Below the pieces are notes generated by a model. It did not search any database. It had not been told where the DNA came from and saw only the letters and a list, made by a program, of their open reading frames with translations. This document shows, one piece after another, positions 45,898 to 52,656 of a stretch of DNA of 52,656 bases. A program made the position numbers and the translations under genes. Source of the DNA: an uncultured Methanosarcinales archaeon (GTDB taxonomy: Archaea; Nanobdellota; Nanobdellia; Woesearchaeales; CAYMBN01); the NCBI GenBank assembly GCA_964388715.1, contig CAYMBN010000011.1, positions 1 through 52,656 of the forward strand, given 5' to 3'. The stretch's first letter is position 1. Each line of letters starts with the position of its first letter.

Positions 45898-47100
45898 ATG
45901 TTCAATATTAAACTTATCTCTGTCAAAATGTCAATAAAAAAACAAATGAAAGCGAATATATGGAAATTTTACCTGTATCGGGTATTTTGTAGCTTTTCAT
46001 TAGTTTCACCTATATTCATATTGTTCTTGCTGGATAATGGCATGAGCATGTTTCAGGTTGGAATATTACAGATGGCTTTCACACTGACAATTATGTTGTT
46101 GAATATTCCTGCTGGAATATTGACAGATAAGTTGGGTAGAAAGACCATATTGATAGTTAATACTGTGTTTTATTTTTTTGGATGGTTACTTTATGCAATG
46201 TCTTATTCATTTGTTAGTTTTTTAATTGCTGAGATTGTGATGGGTATCTCTGTTGCATTGTGGACAGCAGTAGGAAGTACTTTTGTTTATGATGTTTTGT
46301 TGTCTATCAAAGAAGAGTCTAGGTATAAGAAGGTTTTTGGTAATGTTACTGCTATTAATTATTCAATGTGGGGGATTGCTGCATTATTTGGTTCGTATTT
46401 TGCAACTTATAGTTTAAGATTGCCTGTTTACCTAACATTAATACCAGTAACAATTGCACTTTTGGTGACTTTTACTTTTAAAGAACCTGAAGTACATAAA
46501 AAGATTGATACACATTACCTAACACATCTTAAAGAAGCTGTTAAGTATAGTGCAAACCATGAAAAAGTAAGGTTGCTTATGGTTTACATTGCAATATTTT
46601 ATGCAACTGGTTTTGGAGTGTTTATACTTTACCAACCTTACCTGAAAAGTTTGTCAATTCCAATAATTTATTTTGGTGTAGTATATTTTTTGTCAAACAT
46701 GGGTTCTGCTTTGATGGCAAAGTATGCGCATAAGATTGAACTTAGGTTTGGTGAGAAGAATAGTTTGGTTTGGATTATATTGTCTAGAAGTATCTTAATA
46801 GTTTTGATGGGCTTTATGTTTGGACCAATTGGAGCAATAATGCCAATTTTGATATTTAGTATAGGTGGTTATGCTGAAACTGTTTTAGCTGATTATATAC
46901 ATAAACATGTTGAGTCTTCACATAGAGGTACAGTGATGGCATTGAGTAATTTTGTAACTAACTTAGCAAGTTCAATAGTAATGCCTTTCTTAGGATTTTT
47001 AGTAGATTTCTATAGCTTAGGCTTTGCATTCTTAGTATCAGGAGTAATTACTTTGCTGAATGTGATTGTGATATGGTTTATGTATAAGAAGAAATCTTAG
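45898..47100 (+). CDS. MFS transporter (start may be 45928)
   Basis: GILTDKLGRK motif A; ~12 TM helices. Confidence 0.92.
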   Translation: MFNIKLISVKMSIKKQMKANIWKFYLYRVFCSFSLVSPIFILFLLDNGMSMFQVGILQMAFTLTIMLLNIPAGILTDKLGRKTILIVNTVFYFFGWLLYAMSYSFVSFLIAEIVMGISVALWTAVGSTFVYDVLLSIKEESRYKKVFGNVTAINYSMWGIAALFGSYFATYSLRLPVYLTLIPVTIALLVTFTFKEPEVHKKIDTHYLTHLKEAVKYSANHEKVRLLMVYIAIFYATGFGVFILYQPYLKSLSIPIIYFGVVYFLSNMGSALMAKYAHKIELRFGEKNSLVWIILSRSILIVLMGFMFGPIGAIMPILIFSIGGYAETVLADYIHKHVESSHRGTVMALSNFVTNLASSIVMPFLGFLVDFYSLGFAFLVSGVITLLNVIVIWFMYKKKS

Positions 47101-47678
47101 AAAAACTGTTTCAATGTCTTATATGAACTGATGTCGCCTTTCTTGAAGAGGACTGTTTTTTCCTCTGGGTAAAGGCCCATCTTGCTCATCTGTGCAAACT
47201 GGTCCACTGTTAGAGTAAGAGGACTTACTGTGAAACCATAGTCACTTCTTATTTTTGAACATGCTTGTTTAATAGCGCCTTCATCAATGTTTTGGCCAAT
47301 TAATAAGACATTAGCCCTTTCTTTTGTTTCTGGGCCGTGCTGGATAATCATTTCTACGCCAGGGATTAGACTAGCTTTGTTGACGAATATTTGTAGTACT
47401 TTTGTTTCTTTTTTGACAAGTTTTCTTAAGAATTTGGTTGTGTCATTATCATTAATCTGGTAGAGTTTGAATTTGTTGATTACATGTTGTTTGACAATGC
47501 CTAGTTTGACGAATTTGTTAATAATCCTAAAGGTTGAAGCTACACTTACTTTAGATTCTTTTGAAATTTCTCTTAGATAGAACTCTTTTTTCCTGTTTGA
47601 GAGTAATGTCCTTAGGATGGCAAGGATTTTGCTGTCAAACAATTCTTCCAAAATCTCAACATTCTCCATTCCATGCAC
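47097..47678 (-). CDS. winged-HTH protein with degenerate nucleotidyltransferase-like domain
   Basis: EFYLREISKESKVSVASTFRI; C-terminal IQHG...ANVLLIG. Confidence 0.75.
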   Translation of the reverse strand: MHGMENVEILEELFDSKILAILRTLLSNRKKEFYLREISKESKVSVASTFRIINKFVKLGIVKQHVINKFKLYQINDNDTTKFLRKLVKKETKVLQIFVNKASLIPGVEMIIQHGPETKERANVLLIGQNIDEGAIKQACSKIRSDYGFTVSPLTLTVDQFAQMSKMGLYPEEKTVLFKKGDISSYKTLKQFF

Positions 47679-47802
47679 TATAAAGATTTACTAATATATA
47701 TATGTTTTCATTTTTAGAACAATGTTTCATAATTGGAACAATGTTTTATTTATGAAATCATGCTTAGAAAGACTTAAATATCTACAAGTTATATTGGGTC
47801 CT

Positions 47803-49704
47803 ATGCAATATAATAAGCTAGTTGAAGTCTATGAAAAGCTTGAATCTACGTCTAAGAGACTTGAAAAAACTTATTTTATTTCTAAATTATTGAAACAAAC
47901 AAAAACAGATGATTTAGGAGTGATTATTCTTCTTTTGCAAGGAAGGGTTTTTCCAAAATGGGATGAAACAAAGATTGGTGTTGCGTCAAAATTGATTATA
48001 AAAGCGCTTAAACTTGCGACTGGTTTTAATAAGATTGAAGAAGAGTGGAGAAAGATAGGTGATTTAGGAGAAGTTGCTGAAAAACTTGTTAATAAAAAAA
48101 AGCAAGCAACATTATTTTCAAGACAATTAACAGTGAAGAAGGTGTTTGATAATATACAAAAACTGTCTCATTTAGAAGGAAAAGGTTCTGTTGAACAAAA
48201 AATAAGGTTTATTGCAGAGCTTTTGACAAGTGCAAAGCCAAATGAAGCGAAATATATTGTAAGAACTATACTGGAAGATCTTAGAGTTGGAGTAGGTGAA
48301 GGTTCTGTAAGAGATGCGATTGCTTGGGCATATTTTCCACCAATAAAAGGAATATTTTATTATTGTAAAAAGTGTAAAACATTTCAACCTGCTATTAAGA
48401 AATGTCTTGAGTGTGATTCTGAACTTGATAAAGAGTATGATACTGGTGATTTTAGGGTTTTAAGGATTGATCAAATTGAACAGGTTGACAAGGCAAAGCT
48501 TGATAATTATGATCTTATTATTGCAAAAGATAAAGAAGTTGCGCGGCAAGCTTATAATCATTTGGTTAATATTTTACAAGAAGCAGCTGATAAGACAAAT
48601 GATTTTGCAAAAGTTGCTGAGATTACTAGTACAAAAAGTGTTAAAGGTTTGTCTGATGTTGAACTTTCTGCTGGGCATCCAATTAAAGTTATGTTATATC
48701 CTAAAGCTAAGGATATTGAGGATGGTTTTGAACGTTTAGGAAGACCAGCTGCACTTGAATTTAAGTATGATGGGTTTAGGATTCAGGTGCATAAAAAAGG
48801 TTCAAGTATTAAATTGTTTACTCGTCGATTAGATGAGGTTACAAATCAGTTTCCAGAAGTTGTTAAGTATGTTAAACAACATGTTAAAGGAAGAGAATTT
48901 ATTCTTGATAGTGAAGCTGTTGGGTTTGATGCGAAAACAGGTAAATATCAGGCATTTCAACATATTTCTCAGAGGATTAAAAGAAAGTATAATATCAAAG
49001 AGTTAGCTGAGAAACTTCCTGTTGAACTTAATATATTTGATGTTATTTCTTATAATGGGAAAAATATGTTAAAGATTGATTTTGTTGAAAGAAGGAAGTT
49101 ATTGAAAAAGGTTGTTGAGTCTGTTTCTAAAAAGATAGTACTTGCAAAACAACTTGTAACAGATGATGTTAAAAAAGCAAGAAAGTTTTATGAAAAAGCT
49201 CTTGATTCTGGTGAAGAAGGTATTATGATGAAAAAACTTAAAGCTCCGTACAAACCAGGTGCAAGAATTGGTTATGGTTTTAAAGTTAAACCTACAATGG
49301 AAGCTCTTGACTTAGTTATTGTTGGTGCTGAATGGGGTACTGGTAAAAGAGCTAACTGGTTGAGTAGTTTTATGCTTGCTTGTAGGGATGAAAATGATGA
49401 GCTTGTTGAGATTGGTAAAGTTGGTACTGGATTTAAAGAGAAAAAAGAACAAGGTGTTTCATTTGAAGAATTAACTGAATTATTGAAACCTTTGATTGTG
49501 AGTGAAAAAGGTAGGGTTGTTAAGGTTAAGCCTAAGATTGTTATTGAAGTTGCTTATGAAGAAATTCAAAAAAGTCCTACTTATTCTAGTGGTTATGCAT
49601 TAAGATTTCCTAGATTATTAAGATTAAGGCATATGGAAAGAGGTGCTGAGGATTGTAGTACATTAGAATATATTGAAGAACTTTATTATCAGCAGAAGAA
49701 ATAA
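47803..49704 (+). CDS. lig: ATP-dependent DNA ligase
   Basis: EFKYDGFR, EGIMMK, DLVIVG, LRFPR. Confidence 0.96.
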   Translation: MQYNKLVEVYEKLESTSKRLEKTYFISKLLKQTKTDDLGVIILLLQGRVFPKWDETKIGVASKLIIKALKLATGFNKIEEEWRKIGDLGEVAEKLVNKKKQATLFSRQLTVKKVFDNIQKLSHLEGKGSVEQKIRFIAELLTSAKPNEAKYIVRTILEDLRVGVGEGSVRDAIAWAYFPPIKGIFYYCKKCKTFQPAIKKCLECDSELDKEYDTGDFRVLRIDQIEQVDKAKLDNYDLIIAKDKEVARQAYNHLVNILQEAADKTNDFAKVAEITSTKSVKGLSDVELSAGHPIKVMLYPKAKDIEDGFERLGRPAALEFKYDGFRIQVHKKGSSIKLFTRRLDEVTNQFPEVVKYVKQHVKGREFILDSEAVGFDAKTGKYQAFQHISQRIKRKYNIKELAEKLPVELNIFDVISYNGKNMLKIDFVERRKLLKKVVESVSKKIVLAKQLVTDDVKKARKFYEKALDSGEEGIMMKKLKAPYKPGARIGYGFKVKPTMEALDLVIVGAEWGTGKRANWLSSFMLACRDENDELVEIGKVGTGFKEKKEQGVSFEELTELLKPLIVSEKGRVVKVKPKIVIEVAYEEIQKSPTYSSGYALRFPRLLRLRHMERGAEDCSTLEYIEELYYQQKK

Positions 49705-49775
49705 ATTATAAAAAAAGAAAACTTTTAAATATCCTAAAGAAATAAAAACAATTAAGAAGTAAAAGAGAGGCAAAA

Positions 49776-50474
49776 ATGGATGTATTAGACTGCATAAAAA
49801 CAAGACGTTCTATTCGTAAATATCTTGATGTTCCTGTTGAATTTGATAAATTAACTAATATTGTTGATGCTGCACGTTTTGCACCAAGTTCAGGTAATGT
49901 GCAAAATTGGAAATTTATTGTTGTTTTTGATAAAGGTAAGAGAAAAAAGTTAGCAGAAGCTTGTCTACAACAGTTTTGGATGGAGCAAGCTCCTGTGCAT
50001 ATTATTGTTTGTGGAGAGCCTGAAAAAGCTAGAAGGTTTTATGGGATTAGAGGAGAAAGATTGTATACTATTCAAAATTGTGCTACTGCAATTCAAAATA
50101 TACTCTTAACAGCGCATTCTCTTGGTTTAGGTGCTTGTTGGGTTGGTGCTTTTGATGAAGATATGATCAAGAGAGATTTTGGTATACCTGATAATGTAAG
50201 GCCACAGGCGATAATTACTATTGGTTATGCTGATGAAGATCCACCTGCCCCTCCTAAGTATAAGATTGAATTTATGTTCTTTTTTCAGAGTTGGAGAGCA
50301 AGAATAAAGGATGCTGCAACATACTTTGGTTGGACAAGTGTTGGGTTTGAAAAGGCTTTTAAAGAAGGAACTGAATCTGGAAAAGGTATACTAAAAAAGG
50401 CTAGTGAAAAGATTGCTGAGAAAAGCCAAAAAATTGCTGACAAAATTAAGAAGGTTGCTAAAAAAAATCCTTAA
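49776..50474 (+). CDS. nitroreductase family protein
   Basis: RRSIRKY, APSSGNVQNW, LGLGACWVG. Confidence 0.93.
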   Translation: MDVLDCIKTRRSIRKYLDVPVEFDKLTNIVDAARFAPSSGNVQNWKFIVVFDKGKRKKLAEACLQQFWMEQAPVHIIVCGEPEKARRFYGIRGERLYTIQNCATAIQNILLTAHSLGLGACWVGAFDEDMIKRDFGIPDNVRPQAIITIGYADEDPPAPPKYKIEFMFFFQSWRARIKDAATYFGWTSVGFEKAFKEGTESGKGILKKASEKIAEKSQKIADKIKKVAKKNP

Positions 50475-50777
50475 CAGCGTCGATATTTCTTAAAATGTAT
50501 ACAAAAAGTATATAGTGGAGAATAGAAATATTTATATATAAGTAGTGCATTACAAATATTAGAAAAAAAACCTGTTTTTTGGCGGAAACTCGGTTTTGTG
50601 TTGTGTTTTAGATGTTTTTAAGCTTTCTACAGCTTGAAGTCGCTTTGTCCGAAACTTGTTGGCGCAAGTTTGAACGTTGTTTCTAAGAAAAGTAAAGATC
50701 ATTACCCTTATAAATGTTTCGATACTGGAACATATATGTTAGGGTAAATAAGATAAACAAAAAGGGGAGGCGAAAAA

Positions 50778-51848
50778 ATGGATTTTATCATTGAAAACGC
50801 AAAAAAACATGAAGAACAAAATTTCCAACATCTTGAAGTTGGGCAAGCAAATATAAAAGTAATAGGTGTAGGCGGTGCAGGAAACAATATGGTTTCTTGG
50901 TTATATAAGAAAGGTATTAAAGGTGCAGAAATAATTGCATGTAATACTGACCAACAGCATCTGACTATTACAGATTCTGACAGAAAGTATCTTTTAGGAA
51001 AAGAAGCTACACGTGGTCTAGGATGTGGTGGATATCCTGAAAAAGGAGCAGAGGCTGCTCAAGAAAGTATGCAAGAGGTAAAAGAATCATTAAAAACCTC
51101 AGATATGGTTTTTGTTTGCGCTGGTATGGGTGGCGGAACAGGAACAGGAGCTGCACCAGTTGTTGCGCAAGTAGCAAAAGATGCAGGAGCAATTGTTATT
51201 GGTACAGTAACAATGCCATTTAAGATTGAAAGAGCAAGAGTTGATAAAGCTGAATTTGGCTTACAACAATTAAGACAAGTTTCTGACACAGTTATTGTAA
51301 TTGATAACAACAGATTAGTTGCAATTGCAGGTAACTTACCAGTACAACAAGCGTTTGCAGTAGCAAATGAATTGATTAGTACTATGATAAAAGGAATTGT
51401 CGAAACAATAGCAATCCCAAGTTTAGTTAACCTGGATTATGCAGATGTGAAAGCTATCATGACAAACGGAGGAGTAGCTGCTATCGGTGTTGGAAGTTCT
51501 GACACAAATAACAGAGTTGAAGAAGCTGTTAAAGGAGCTTTAAGTAATCCTTTGTTAGACATAAGTTATGAAGGAGCAACAGGAGCATTGATCCATGTAA
51601 TCGGCGGTCCTGATATGACTCTTGACGAAATCAGTAGAGCAGGAGAATTAGTTACTGAAAGCCTAGATGATGATGCAAATGTTATCTGGGGTGCAAGAGT
51701 TAGCGATGATATGAAAGGAAAGCTGACAGTTATGACAATTATAACTGGTGTCAAGTCTCCCTGGATTTTAGGTAAAGTAGACACCAGAGGACCAAGTGCA
51801 GAAGCAATGCAAATAAGTCAGGAATTAGGAATAGAAATAGTAAGGTAA
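50778..51848 (+). CDS. ftsZ: cell division protein FtsZ
   Basis: [33 protein letters not shown]. Confidence 0.98.
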   Translation: MDFIIENAKKHEEQNFQHLEVGQANIKVIGVGGAGNNMVSWLYKKGIKGAEIIACNTDQQHLTITDSDRKYLLGKEATRGLGCGGYPEKGAEAAQESMQEVKESLKTSDMVFVCAGMGGGTGTGAAPVVAQVAKDAGAIVIGTVTMPFKIERARVDKAEFGLQQLRQVSDTVIVIDNNRLVAIAGNLPVQQAFAVANELISTMIKGIVETIAIPSLVNLDYADVKAIMTNGGVAAIGVGSSDTNNRVEEAVKGALSNPLLDISYEGATGALIHVIGGPDMTLDEISRAGELVTESLDDDANVIWGARVSDDMKGKLTVMTIITGVKSPWILGKVDTRGPSAEAMQISQELGIEIVR

Positions 51849-51858
51849 TTTAATAGTT

Positions 51859-51965
51859 ATGTGGTTTGCGGTGGGCTGCAAACCACATTTTATATTCATT
51901 GGTTGCCCTCTTTTCCATCTAACTTCTCCACACCCCCTAAGGAAGAGGGCATTTCTTTTTTTTAA
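51859..51965 (+). terminator. two hairpins plus T-tract 3' of ftsZ
   Basis: 13-bp stem 51859-51888; GCCCTCTT/GAAGAGGGC stem 51905-51950 with C-rich loop; poly-T follows. Confidence 0.65.
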
Positions 51966-52028
51966 TCCGAAAAGTTTACGGAATTTATTTTCAAAACATT
52001 TATATAGTTTTTAGGTATTACTTTTTCT

Positions 52029-52508
52029 ATGACTATAGCTTATATCTCAGTTGGTTCTAATTCTGGTGATAGAATGAGGAATATTGAGCGTGTGCTTAAT
52101 GTTCTTAAGAATTTTTTTACAATTAAAAAGATTTCTTCTTTATATGAAACAGAACCAGTTGGTGTTGTAAGCAAGGAATGGTTTGTTAATGGAGTTGTTA
52201 AACTTGATACAGATATGAAAGTTGAACAGTTTATGGCTAAGTTAAAACAGATTGAAAATAGTATGGGGCGTTTAAGAAATGTTTATGGCGGACCGATTGT
52301 GATTGATCTTGATATTTTATTTTTTGGAGATAAGATGCTTGATCACCAAGATCTTTTTATTCCGCATTTTAGATTACATAAAAGAAGATTTGTTCTAGTT
52401 CCATTGGTTGAAGTTGAGCCAGAATTGATTCATCCAAGTTATGGAAAGACAGTTAGTCAACTTCTTGAAGAACTTCCAAATGATAAAATTGTTAAGAAAT
52501 TAGAGTAA
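52029..52508 (+). CDS. folK: 6-hydroxymethyl-7,8-dihydropterin pyrophosphokinase
   Basis: SVGSNSGDR, SSLYETEP, IDLDIL, PH, RRFVLVPL. Confidence 0.93.
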   Translation: MTIAYISVGSNSGDRMRNIERVLNVLKNFFTIKKISSLYETEPVGVVSKEWFVNGVVKLDTDMKVEQFMAKLKQIENSMGRLRNVYGGPIVIDLDILFFGDKMLDHQDLFIPHFRLHKRRFVLVPLVEVEPELIHPSYGKTVSQLLEELPNDKIVKKLE

Positions 52509-52656
52509 AATTACCAAAAAATTTTTAATTAAGTTACGTTCTAAATGTGCTGGAGGGTTGTTTTTGATTTTTTATTCTTTCAAAGACCTTAATGTAAGGA
52601 GTTTTAACTACTATGAAATGGTTAAAAAAGCGAAAGGTTTATAAAGAGAAAATTTA

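Noticed and set aside
45868..45900. Fluoride riboswitch (GATGGTG core)
   Set aside because: P1 pairing and the downstream CTGATG/pseudoknot strand are absent.
52613..52656. Partial ORF at the window end
   Set aside because: Too short, and it overlaps a BRE/TATA motif (CGAAAGGTTTATAAA), so it is more likely a promoter.

Overview
AT-rich, gene-dense archaeal chromosomal segment. The gene set and style (aIF1A, uL16, eL41/eS32, ZPR1, Bud32, PolB, ATP-dependent ligase, SepF/FtsZ, class III signal-peptide pilins, BRE/TATA promoters, BHB-intron tRNA) suggest a DPANN archaeon, probably Woesearchaeota-like (inference). About 65 CDS and three tRNAs: Glu-CTC, Lys-CTT with two introns, and Arg-GCG. No CRISPR array, rRNA, integrase or transposase was seen. 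The top candidate for an undescribed system is a ~550-nt hairpin-dense non-coding region (41145-41700). It probably has its own minus-strand promoter, a kissing-loop/pseudoknot core and repeated C-rich, anti-Shine-Dalgarno-like loops, and a related loop recurs 3' of ftsZ. Other notable items: a family of AT-rich palindromic intergenic elements at promoters, some with flanking direct repeats; two single-gene islets bounded by direct repeats (one at the tRNA-Arg 3' end); a frameshifted Ada-type Zn domain; a putative nuclease-fold protein with a PIP box; bacterial-type LspA with lipobox proteins; and several small ORFs missed by the ORF track. All calls come from motif reading by eye. No searches or folding programs were run.
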